Positions 49,120 to 58,167 of a stretch of 64,000 bases of DNA are shown here, one piece after another. The notes beneath the pieces were generated by a model. It ran no database searches. It had not been told where the DNA came from and saw only the letters and a program-made list of their open reading frames with translations. The stretch spans positions 192,001 through 256,000 of the forward strand of contig JBDLRP010000021.1 of assembly GCA_039799905.1 (NCBI GenBank), given 5' to 3'. The DNA is from Pseudomonadota bacterium. Lineage in GTDB: Bacteria > Bdellovibrionota_B > Oligoflexia > Silvanigrellales > Silvanigrellaceae. The translations under genes and the position numbers were made by a program. Position 1 is the stretch's first letter; every line of letters starts with the position of its first letter.

Positions 49120-51852
49120 TCATCGATATTTTCTGCGCTTGGCTTCTCGCCAGAGCTCGTCCCAGACGTCCAGACTCAAGCCTTTTGCATACTCCTCAGT
49201 GACGTCAGCACCACGCTCGCGAAGAATGTTCTCCATTCCTTCAAATCGCGAAAGAAACTTGGCAACGCTCGCACGCACCGACAAATCAAAGTCGAGCTCA
49301 GACCCGTCCTTGAGATGCGTTTGATTGAGATAGACGACGACGTTGGTCAGCGCGAAAACGATGTCACCCAGTTCATCGGCAACCTTCTGCCAATCCGGCT
49401 TCTCGACGAAAAGCTCTCGCCGTAGTTCCTCAACTTCAGAAGTCAAATCCGCAAATGTTTGATCAAGAGTTTTCCATGCAAATCCAAGCTTCCACGAAGA
49501 TTTTGAAACGGCGGAAGAATAGCTCAACGTCGGTTGGGCATGCTTTTGGGCAGCCTTGTGGAGCAGCGATTTACTTTGCACCGGCCCATCTTTGTTCTCC
49601 GCCGACTTAATCACATCCCATTGCTTCACAACTTCACCCGCCGTGGTCAGCGTTCCGCTTTCAGGAGCAAAAACGTGCGGATGCCTGCGGATCATCTTTT
49701 CGATGATGCCCCTAAAAACGTCGGACACTTTAAAATGCATCTTCTCGGAAGCAATCTGCGAATTGAGATAAATCTGCAGCAGCACATCTCCGAGTTCGCC
49801 GCAGTAGTTGCGCGCCGATTTCTCATCGCCTTCTTTCGCATAAAGCGCGGCGGCTTCAACAGCCTCATAGGCCTCTTCAATCAGGTAAGATCGCAACGAT
49901 TCAATTGATTGCTCCTTGTCCCACGGACAGCCATCCGGCGCCCGCAGGGCGGCGACGGTCTTTGCAAACAACACTGAATTCAATGCGAGCGAGTACATCT
50001 CGCGGCCGGCATTCAACGTCAGCGGCTGGGCGAGCTTGTAATGCTGGGCAGGATCACCGGAATTTTTTTTTTGTGCCTCTGCCGACTCGCGGGAGATTTT
50101 TTTGTCGGAACCGCCCTGCACAAGATTGATGAGACTCGGCTCGTACTCCGACGGAGAGTCAAAACCTGCCAACTGAAAGATTGTTGCTGCTACGTTGGCA
50201 AGACCTGCTTTCGGCAAATCTTCACGCATTTCAAGAACGCACGGGAGAATTTCCGAATTAAAGATAGCAAATGGAACAGGCGACAGCGTGTGGCTGGTCT
50301 TTGCACGCGGCAATCCATTTTCGCCCATTTGGATTTGGCCGGTTTTTTTGTCTGCTTCAAACATCTCGTCCGCGTTGCCGTGGTCCGCTGTCACAACAAC
50401 GATCGTGTTGGTCTCGCGCGCAGCGGAAAGTATGCGACCCAATGCCAAATCGGCAGCTGCAACCGACAATAACGTGGCAGCAAAATCTCCGGTGTGACCA
50501 ACCATGTCGCCGTTGGCGAAATTGATTCGTCCGACACGGAATGAGTTTTTACGCATCTCGGCGATGGTGCGGTCGGCAATCTCGGCGGATTTCATCCACG
50601 GACGATCCGAAAATGAAGACATATCGGATGGAATTTCGACATAGTGCTCGAGTTCGTCGTTGAATTTTCCGCTGCGATTTCCATTCCAGAAATAGGTCAC
50701 ATGCCCATATTTTTGCGTCTCGCTGCAGGCAAATTGTCTGACTCCGGCGGAGGAAAATAGCTCACCCATCGTATTGCTGATTTGCGGTGGTTCGACCAGA
50801 TATATTTCGGGCAGCTTGAGGTCGCCGTCATATTGCATCATGCCTGCGTAAACTACGCTCGGAAATCTTTTTCGCGTGAATGCCGAAAAATTCTTTTCCG
50901 TCAGTGCCCGGCTTATTTGAATGGCGCGGTCACCGCGGAAATTGAAAAAAACAAAACTGTCACCATCATTCACTGCACCGATGGGTTTGCCATTGGTTCC
51001 AATCACAAACGGAGGAAGATTCTGGTCAGTTTTGAGCCCCTCGCTGCGGAATGTCTTCAACGCGTCATCGAGAGATGCAAACTCGCGCGCCTCGCCCAAA
51101 ACATGGGCGTTGTATCCGCGCTCGACTATCGACCAATCGCTGTCATAACGATCCATGGTGACAAACATTCTTCCGCCGCCACTGGCGACACGGCAATCGA
51201 ATTGAGTGTCGTTGACTGAGTCGAGAAACTCGCGCAATTGACCAGCGTAGATTTCAGCAGTGTCTGGACCGACATCGCGTCCGTCCAACAAAACATGCAG
51301 ACGCACCTGTCGCACGCCATCATTTTTTGCAGCACGAATCAGCGCAAACAAATGAGCAATGTGGCTGTGGACGTTGCCATCGGAAAGCAACCCGCAAAAA
51401 TGCAGGCAGGCGCTGCCGCTTTTGAGTTCCTGCCGGTGCACCGCCGACTGCCAGCCACGCCCTTCAAAAAGGCGACCACTTTCGATTGCGGCATTTACGA
51501 GTTTTGCGCCCTGCGCAAAGACGCGCCCAGCACCGAGGGCATTGTGACCGACCTCGCTGTTGCCCATATCGTCGGCAGACGGAAGTCCAACGCTGGGACC
51601 ATGTGCCAGGAGTGTCCTGCTCAGGGGTTGCTGCATCAGGCGCGTGAGGTGCGGTGTGTAAGCCGCGGCAACCGCATTGCCCGAAACAAAGGCAGCAGAG
51701 GGCAAAACCCCTGCGTGACGGTCGAGTTGCAGTGTGAGATTGTCTTGGGTGTCCTTCCAACCGACACCATCAAGAACCACGACAAGTACTTTGTGGTCGA
51801 TGCTGTTGTTCAGGATAGAATGACGCAGACCGGATGACATTTGGGTTGCCAT
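49120..51852 (-). CDS. gpmI: Fusion of cofactor-independent phosphoglycerate mutase (GpmI) and a two-domain MazG NTP pyrophosphohydrolase
   Basis: N-terminal VLDGVG, GNSEVGHN, DGRD, NFRGDR, DMVGHTG, TADHGN; C-terminal LRAPDGCPWD, EEAYE, ELGDVLLQ, RRHPHVF and a second ELGD; all one frame. Confidence 0.9.
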   Translation of the reverse strand: MATQMSSGLRHSILNNSIDHKVLVVVLDGVGWKDTQDNLTLQLDRHAGVLPSAAFVSGNAVAAAYTPHLTRLMQQPLSRTLLAHGPSVGLPSADDMGNSEVGHNALGAGRVFAQGAKLVNAAIESGRLFEGRGWQSAVHRQELKSGSACLHFCGLLSDGNVHSHIAHLFALIRAAKNDGVRQVRLHVLLDGRDVGPDTAEIYAGQLREFLDSVNDTQFDCRVASGGGRMFVTMDRYDSDWSIVERGYNAHVLGEAREFASLDDALKTFRSEGLKTDQNLPPFVIGTNGKPIGAVNDGDSFVFFNFRGDRAIQISRALTEKNFSAFTRKRFPSVVYAGMMQYDGDLKLPEIYLVEPPQISNTMGELFSSAGVRQFACSETQKYGHVTYFWNGNRSGKFNDELEHYVEIPSDMSSFSDRPWMKSAEIADRTIAEMRKNSFRVGRINFANGDMVGHTGDFAATLLSVAAADLALGRILSAARETNTIVVVTADHGNADEMFEADKKTGQIQMGENGLPRAKTSHTLSPVPFAIFNSEILPCVLEMREDLPKAGLANVAATIFQLAGFDSPSEYEPSLINLVQGGSDKKISRESAEAQKKNSGDPAQHYKLAQPLTLNAGREMYSLALNSVLFAKTVAALRAPDGCPWDKEQSIESLRSYLIEEAYEAVEAAALYAKEGDEKSARNYCGELGDVLLQIYLNSQIASEKMHFKVSDVFRGIIEKMIRRHPHVFAPESGTLTTAGEVVKQWDVIKSAENKDGPVQSKSLLHKAAQKHAQPTLSYSSAVSKSSWKLGFAWKTLDQTFADLTSEVEELRRELFVEKPDWQKVADELGDIVFALTNVVVYLNQTHLKDGSELDFDLSVRASVAKFLSRFEGMENILRERGADVTEEYAKGLSLDVWDELWREAKRRKYR

Positions 51853-51881
51853 ATTTGAACTTTCTTTGAATCGGGGCTTGC

Positions 51882-54059
51882 ATGCTTCAAAACGCTCATA
51901 CTCTGACATCGGCCGGCTTGCCGCGCAATCTGTTCGCAATGTTTGTGCTCATGGTCTGCACAGCATGTCTGCTGTCCGGAACTGTCAAATCGCAAACGGC
52001 ATTCGCCCAGACCGACCCGTTCCTCGTTCCCCTCAAATCTCTCAACAAGATTGATCCCGCCAACGTGGTTCAATTTAAAGTTGTCGCGTTAACAACAAAA
52101 GGCAATGCAGCGACTGCCGAAGTTGAAGTCAGCATTCGCGGCGGCTTCAAGATTTATGACAAGGGGCTGCGCTTCGAATACAAAAGTACTGCCACGCTCA
52201 ATGCGCTCATCCCTTTGACTTTCCAAGCCAATCCGCCTGCCAAGGTGATTCAAGATCCATTTTACAATGAGCCTCGGGCCGTGCACGAGAGTGCTGCACG
52301 CTTCGCACTCGCGAGCGATTTGCCCATGGAGGAAACTGGCACCCTGCGCGTCCGTTTCGAGGCTTGCTCGGTTAACACGTGTCTTTTGCCTGCATATTTC
52401 GTCATTCAGGCCCGCGTGGGTTCATCTTCACGCCCGGAGCCAAAAGGCGACACTGTGACAGGAGCATCCGGCTCAACGGGCAGCCTGAGTCCTCCCTCCA
52501 TGGAAAGTTCGACGCTCGCCTCCGGAAGTAGTGCAGCGTCTGCAGCACCCGCGATGCCCACGCCCGCAATCGAACAATCTCCCGCTCCATCCGCTCCTAC
52601 GCCCGCAGTTGAACTAACACCCAGCCAAGCAGCTCCCGCCTCCACGCCGGCACCTTCATTCCGCCCTGAAAAATCGGCCGATACTTCGCTTGCTGATTCA
52701 ATCACAGCGCAAGTGCAACGCAGCCTGGTTGAACGCAGCTGGTTGCTGTTTCCGGCGTTGTTTCTTGCCGGTCTGCTAATGAATCTGACGCCGTGTGTTT
52801 ATCCGATGATTCCCATCACACTGAACGTTCTCAGCCGCACGGCACCCGCAGATTCTACTGGCCAGCGCAGCCCGTCGCAGTCTGCCGTTCCGGCAATGAT
52901 GTACGTTTTGGGAATTATACTTGCCTATTCTGCAATGGGTGTTGTTGCGGGAATGACCGGCTCAATTTTTGGCAGTCTGCTGCAGAGCAAACTGGTCAAT
53001 GGTGTTCTGGCACTCACCATGTTTCTGCTGGGCCTTTCCATGCTGGATGTTTTTGATCTCAGCAAAATTCAAACAGCCGCCAACAGAATTCCTCTTTCAA
53101 AGAAGTCTCCCTACATGTCCGTTATCACCATGGGAGCAGTCTCGGGTCTGGTGGCCGCACCATGCACCGGGCCAGTTCTCAGCATGCTTCTTCTCTTAGT
53201 GGGACAAACAAAGGATCCCGTTTATGGGTTCGTGCTCATGAGCGTTTTTGCAGCTGGATTCGGAGCCCCTTATTTGGCTCTCGGACTGCTTTCGCAGCAG
53301 CTCAAGCGACTCCCCAAAGCTGGTTTTGCGATGAACATCGTCAAGAATGTATTTGCAGCCCTGATGTTCTCTTTGGCGCTGTATTATCTGAAACCGATGT
53401 TGCAAAACTTGGAGTTTGTCGCACTGCTCTATATCCGCCCGCCGGTAGTCGGTGTTGCTGCGGTCGTTATGCTCACTGTGGTATTTCTCGTTCTGCAGTC
53501 AAAGAAACCCACCAGCGCCCTGCGCACAATAGGACTGCAGACAGGCCTTTCGCTCCTCGCCCTGTGGATGGCGCTCTACCTGATTAAAGGCTTCATCGCT
53601 GGCGAAAAAACAGCTCTGCCTTCTCTGAGCCGAATCAATGATCCGCTCGAAATTCCAAATCCGCAGTCGCAGGAGACCGACGGCGTCCGCTGGATGAAAG
53701 ATTGGCAACAGGCTGTGCGCGCCGCGAAAGAACAAAACAAAGGGCTCATCGTGGATGCGTGGGCACAATGGTGTGCTGCGTGTCTGAAGATGGATGCCGA
53801 AGTCTGGAACGAGCCCGGAGTTGAGGCCCTCATCAATCAGCACTTCATTGCGCTTAAGATCGATTTCACAGAATCAAATCCGCAATCCGAGGAGCTCACC
53901 AAACGTTGGGATTTGTCGGGACTGCCGGCAGTGGGAATTTATCCGGCCGGTTCAGACTTTGCCGGACAACCGGTGGTCTTGTTCCGTGAAGCCGCCACAG
54001 TCAGCAGCTTCCATCAGGCGGTGCAGAAAATCTTCAACGGAGAGCTGCAGAAAAAATAA
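51882..54059 (+). CDS. dsbD: Thiol:disulfide interchange protein DsbD
   Basis: N-domain CSVNTC, TM cysteines TPCVYPMIP and APCTGP, thioredoxin WCAAC. The start could be 51939. Confidence 0.88.
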   Translation: MLQNAHTLTSAGLPRNLFAMFVLMVCTACLLSGTVKSQTAFAQTDPFLVPLKSLNKIDPANVVQFKVVALTTKGNAATAEVEVSIRGGFKIYDKGLRFEYKSTATLNALIPLTFQANPPAKVIQDPFYNEPRAVHESAARFALASDLPMEETGTLRVRFEACSVNTCLLPAYFVIQARVGSSSRPEPKGDTVTGASGSTGSLSPPSMESSTLASGSSAASAAPAMPTPAIEQSPAPSAPTPAVELTPSQAAPASTPAPSFRPEKSADTSLADSITAQVQRSLVERSWLLFPALFLAGLLMNLTPCVYPMIPITLNVLSRTAPADSTGQRSPSQSAVPAMMYVLGIILAYSAMGVVAGMTGSIFGSLLQSKLVNGVLALTMFLLGLSMLDVFDLSKIQTAANRIPLSKKSPYMSVITMGAVSGLVAAPCTGPVLSMLLLLVGQTKDPVYGFVLMSVFAAGFGAPYLALGLLSQQLKRLPKAGFAMNIVKNVFAALMFSLALYYLKPMLQNLEFVALLYIRPPVVGVAAVVMLTVVFLVLQSKKPTSALRTIGLQTGLSLLALWMALYLIKGFIAGEKTALPSLSRINDPLEIPNPQSQETDGVRWMKDWQQAVRAAKEQNKGLIVDAWAQWCAACLKMDAEVWNEPGVEALINQHFIALKIDFTESNPQSEELTKRWDLSGLPAVGIYPAGSDFAGQPVVLFREAATVSSFHQAVQKIFNGELQKK

Positions 54060-54087
54060 AGACCAACCTTGGCAGGTTGGTCTTTAT
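54056..54087. terminator. Hairpin between convergent genes, probably a bidirectional terminator
   Basis: ataaagaccaacct-tggc-aggttggtctttat perfect 14-bp stem. Confidence 0.75.
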
Positions 54088-54118
54088 CACGACACGGACT
54101 CGAGACAGCCCGCGGGAT

Positions 54119-54451
54119 TTACATGTGGGCTGCAGCAGGAATGTAATCGTGCTGGTCGCGGGACACATGCGAACCTTCGCGTGCCGTTGCAACATAGCGG
54201 TTCACGATGTTGAGCGTGTACACCAACAGCGTTGCCTTGAAATTGCGCCAGTTGGAATCGTCAAGGCACATCAGAAGCTCATCATCAAAGTACATGTCGG
54301 TATTGGTCAGCAAGGCTTCGATGGCTGCGAAAACCTGCTCGAAATTGCCCGCAGTCGCCAAATCATTGAGGTCTTCTTTACTGCGGATGGCGTTTGCCAA
54401 ACGAGCGGCGTTTGTCCTGATAAGCTGAACCGTTGAGCTGTTAAGAATCAT
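54119..54451 (-). CDS. Small all-helical hypothetical protein
   Basis: 110 aa ORF between terminator-like hairpins with plausible composition. Confidence 0.65.
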   Translation of the reverse strand: MILNSSTVQLIRTNAARLANAIRSKEDLNDLATAGNFEQVFAAIEALLTNTDMYFDDELLMCLDDSNWRNFKATLLVYTLNIVNRYVATAREGSHVSRDQHDYIPAAAHM

Positions 54452-54520
54452 GTGAAGGCCCCCACAAGCTGATATTTATTGGCTGACTATGGCTGTTTGC
54501 TGAGTGTACGGCTCAGCGAA

Positions 54521-55663
54521 TCACTGCGGCAAGGATTCAGGAGCGTCAATTCTCCAACGAGCCCTGCGGACAAACAACGTCAGAGCCACGCCAAACAAAA
54601 CAGCACCTACCAACGAGCCGAGAATAATCAGAGGCATCCGGTTGGGAACAACGCCAATCACCTCGAAACTGAAAAACGGCAGGCCATTACCCTCGCCACG
54701 GTTGACTATCTGTACACGGCGGGGTGGCATGCTGGGGTTCATTTGCACTTCGCGCTGACTCACCTGAGTCGCCAGTCCGGCGTTGGCGATGCGTGGCGGC
54801 CACACATTCCAGTTCTCACTCAGCGAACCAAAAAGCCCTTTGAAAGGAGCAGGAACTTCAAAGAGAATTGCGACCTGTTCACCGGGAAATCCGGCAAGTT
54901 TGGAATTCTTCCAAACCGCACGCCCGGAAGGAGCCCTCAGACGAAAATCACTCGAAATCGTGACGGCCAGCCCCTGACTGCCCTCGGGAAGTACGACTGC
55001 AGGCAAACCGTTCCAATTGACCACTTGAATGGACTTGGCAAGCTGCTCGGGCTTGGTCTCAACAATTTGCCAGTCGTACAAATCCTCAGGCACCGCCATG
55101 ACGACCATCGTCGACCCACCCTGTGACGAAGGCACCGCAAAACTTGTCACATAATGCGCAACAATTTCTGATTGAGCAGGCGAGACAATGTAGCGGCTGG
55201 AGGTCGGCAAAAAGACGCCGGGTTCAAGGATGTGCAACGACTCCTGAGCGCGCTCGGCTTTGGCGATTCCAGAAAACAAAAGCGCACACACACCCACCAG
55301 CAGCAATGCAGCAAGGCTGGCTGAACCCTTTTGGGATTTCGCCGTGCTAAGCGCCGCGCCGGCAGAATTCTGCGGCAAAAAAGGAAGCTCTGCGCGCTGA
55401 AGCCGAAGGCAGAGCGAAACCAATGCATCGAAGCAATCAGTGTCACTGAGTGCACCTAACCTCTGTTCGCTCGACTGACCGGTCGTTAGGCGGGAGAGCA
55501 GCTGATCACGCAAGTTGAGCGCCTGCCGGAGCTCAACCTCATCCGAAAAGCCTTTGTATGAGGCCGAGAACACCTCCATGTTTTCGGCGACGAACAAAGG
55601 CGAAAGTACAAACCAAATGACCAACAATGAAAGAGCGATCGCGAGAATGAGTGTAAAAATCAT
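54521..55663 (-). CDS. Cytochrome c biogenesis-associated membrane protein (CcmI-like N-terminus)
   Basis: ATGA overlap with ccmF-H; N-terminal TM (WFVLSPLF) plus helix, second hydrophobic segment, periplasmic domain, C-terminal TM. Confidence 0.55.
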   Translation of the reverse strand: MIFTLILAIALSLLVIWFVLSPLFVAENMEVFSASYKGFSDEVELRQALNLRDQLLSRLTTGQSSEQRLGALSDTDCFDALVSLCLRLQRAELPFLPQNSAGAALSTAKSQKGSASLAALLLVGVCALLFSGIAKAERAQESLHILEPGVFLPTSSRYIVSPAQSEIVAHYVTSFAVPSSQGGSTMVVMAVPEDLYDWQIVETKPEQLAKSIQVVNWNGLPAVVLPEGSQGLAVTISSDFRLRAPSGRAVWKNSKLAGFPGEQVAILFEVPAPFKGLFGSLSENWNVWPPRIANAGLATQVSQREVQMNPSMPPRRVQIVNRGEGNGLPFFSFEVIGVVPNRMPLIILGSLVGAVLFGVALTLFVRRARWRIDAPESLPQ

Positions 55664-58155
55664 CCCTGCCCTCCTTCGAGCTTGCGGGCAGAAATGAAGT
55701 CGCGGAGCGCTTTTTCCATCACTTCGCGCTCAGCGAGTTCGCGTCTTCGCGAAGTGCGGATCGCACCGACGAGAAAAACAGGCCCCAGAACAAGTCCGGC
55801 AATTGGAATCACCCAAATTGTTTTTCCGAATGTGCTGCCTGAATCCGGCTGGCGCAAAATCCATTCTCCATAGCGATCTCTAAAAAAGCTGATGATTTCT
55901 GCCTTGCTCTTACCTTCTGCAACCTGGCGCTCAATCTCGCGCCGCATCGCCGTACTCTGCGGAGTCTCGCTCTCAAGTATGCTCACACCCTGACACGTAG
56001 GGCAGCGAAGTTCATCGCCTATCTCGAGCAGTTCTTTTGAGTACTGCAGACGGGCTTTGGATTCATCCGCCATCGCAGTTCCTGAAAAACCAAACGCAAC
56101 GAGCAATACAGCAACGCTGATAACGAGTGCCGATTGAACCTTGTGAGCACGCTTGACGGGAGCCAGCACATCATCCAAAAGGTCGCCCTCGTCGGTTGCC
56201 GACTCGAGCATCAGGCCGTTTGAACTCACGTCAACACTGCGCCTTTTGATGCGGTGACTGAGGCCAACCAGAGTTCCCAGAACCATTATCACCAAACTCG
56301 TCCAGACGAATTTGACTGTGGGATTGACGTGCATCTTGAGTGAAATCTGATTGGTCTTTGAATCAAAAAACGCGAGCACCAGATAGAGATCGTGCCAAAA
56401 AGTCGAGTGAATACCAATTTCATTGAGCCACTCTTCCTTGTTTGTGTATTTACTGCGTGTTGGCAAAACTTCTGCCACGTTGCCCCGACTGTCTTTGGCC
56501 TCAATCACGGCAGCAGCGTAAGTTGCGTTGAACTCCTGCTTGTAATCCATTCCCTTGAAGGTGAGGGTGTAGTCATAAAATTGTGTCGACTGCCCCTGTG
56601 AGAGCTGGGCCTCGGCCTGAATGCCGCGATAGCCTCCCAAAAAGCCAGCCATCGAAAGCAAAAATCCAAGATGGACAATCCATGATCCCAAGTAGGGACG
56701 ATTGAACTTCAACAACGCCTGCGCGTTCCAGCGGATAGCCTTGAGGCGGAAAACCAGGTCCATGACCATGACAAACGCAGTCCAAAGAATCAGCGCAAAG
56801 CCAATGATGGAACGGACATCAAGACCCTTGTGCCAAGCCAGCACAGCTGTCAGCGCAATCGCCCAGATGGCAGGATAGAGGAGTCCACTGACAGGATCTT
56901 CAATTTTCCCGCTCCGCCAACGCATCAGGTTGCCAACACCTAGCAGACCAACCAACCCCACTCCGATCCACGGAGCAAATGCATTGAAGAATGGCTGCTG
57001 GATGGAAATCTTGATTCCGCGCACAGCCTCGACAATCAGCGGCAACAACGTTCCGATGCAAACCAGGGCGAGCAGGAAAAGCAAAAAGAAGTTTGTAAAC
57101 AACAGCGCGCTTTCCTTGGACACCGTCCATGTCTGGGCCTGCGCAGCGCCCTGAAGCAAATGACCGCGCATGGAAACAAGGACAATCATAATCAGGGTCC
57201 AGACGACAATATAAGTCAGGTAGGCGGGACCTATGTCGCTCTCGGCGAATGAGTGGACTGAACTGATGACACCTGAACGGGTGATGAACGTACCCAAAAA
57301 GGTCAACACGAAAGCCACTGCCGAAAGCGATACAGCAAGGCGCGGAAGACGGTTGGTTTTATCGAGAATCAACAACGTGTGCAGCAGGGAAGTTCCCGCC
57401 AGCCAAGGCATGAACGAACTGTTTTCAACCGGATCCCACGCCCAGTAACCAGCCCACCCGAGCTCGACGTAGGCCCATTTTCCACCAAGAAAAATACCCA
57501 CCGTGAGAATTGCCCAGCCCGCCAATGTCCAACGCCGAACGCTGACAAGCCAGTCGGGCGTAAAAGAACCGCGCAAGAGAGCAGCGACTGAATAGCCGAA
57601 GGGAACTATCAAAGAGCAATATCCAATAAACAGACTCGGAGGGTGAGCTGCCATGTAAGGATTCTGCAAGAGCGCATTCATTCCTTGCCCAACTTGCTGC
57701 ACCGGAAACATACGCGTCAGAGGCGCAGAAGCCCAAACCAACAGCAAGGTCATAAAAGAAAGGCTGAAGCCGTATGCACACAAAAGACCCGGCATCAGCG
57801 GTTCGTTTTTTTCCCGCACAGAAACAAGTGAAATCGTCACAATGACAGCCATGATCATTGTCCACAGAAGGTGGCTTCCCTCGAGGGAGCTCCAAAATGC
57901 TGTCAGCAGATAAATCGGCGGCATGTCGGCGGCCGAGTTTCTGAACACATAGCCTATCGAAAAGTCATGTGTGATGAGCGAAATCCAGAGAACACCCGAG
58001 GCGAAGAGCACGCAGGCGCTCACACCAATCAGGGCGTTGCGTCCGCTATACAACACTCCGCGCTGCGGTCGTGCCAGCGACAGAAAACCCATGCTCATCC
58101 CGTAAACCGACAAACACAGTGCCAATACGAGTGCATAAAAACCAAGTTCTACCAT
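55660..58155 (-). CDS. ccmF: Cytochrome c heme lyase CcmF fused to CcmH
   Basis: WSSLEGS, HPP, WAGYWAWDPVENSS (WWD motif), SVHSF; C-terminal LRCPTCQ...RYGEWIL CcmH domain. Confidence 0.9.
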   Translation of the reverse strand: MVELGFYALVLALCLSVYGMSMGFLSLARPQRGVLYSGRNALIGVSACVLFASGVLWISLITHDFSIGYVFRNSAADMPPIYLLTAFWSSLEGSHLLWTMIMAVIVTISLVSVREKNEPLMPGLLCAYGFSLSFMTLLLVWASAPLTRMFPVQQVGQGMNALLQNPYMAAHPPSLFIGYCSLIVPFGYSVAALLRGSFTPDWLVSVRRWTLAGWAILTVGIFLGGKWAYVELGWAGYWAWDPVENSSFMPWLAGTSLLHTLLILDKTNRLPRLAVSLSAVAFVLTFLGTFITRSGVISSVHSFAESDIGPAYLTYIVVWTLIMIVLVSMRGHLLQGAAQAQTWTVSKESALLFTNFFLLFLLALVCIGTLLPLIVEAVRGIKISIQQPFFNAFAPWIGVGLVGLLGVGNLMRWRSGKIEDPVSGLLYPAIWAIALTAVLAWHKGLDVRSIIGFALILWTAFVMVMDLVFRLKAIRWNAQALLKFNRPYLGSWIVHLGFLLSMAGFLGGYRGIQAEAQLSQGQSTQFYDYTLTFKGMDYKQEFNATYAAAVIEAKDSRGNVAEVLPTRSKYTNKEEWLNEIGIHSTFWHDLYLVLAFFDSKTNQISLKMHVNPTVKFVWTSLVIMVLGTLVGLSHRIKRRSVDVSSNGLMLESATDEGDLLDDVLAPVKRAHKVQSALVISVAVLLVAFGFSGTAMADESKARLQYSKELLEIGDELRCPTCQGVSILESETPQSTAMRREIERQVAEGKSKAEIISFFRDRYGEWILRQPDSGSTFGKTIWVIPIAGLVLGPVFLVGAIRTSRRRELAEREVMEKALRDFISARKLEGGQG

Positions 58156-58167
58156 TAGAAAGTCACC

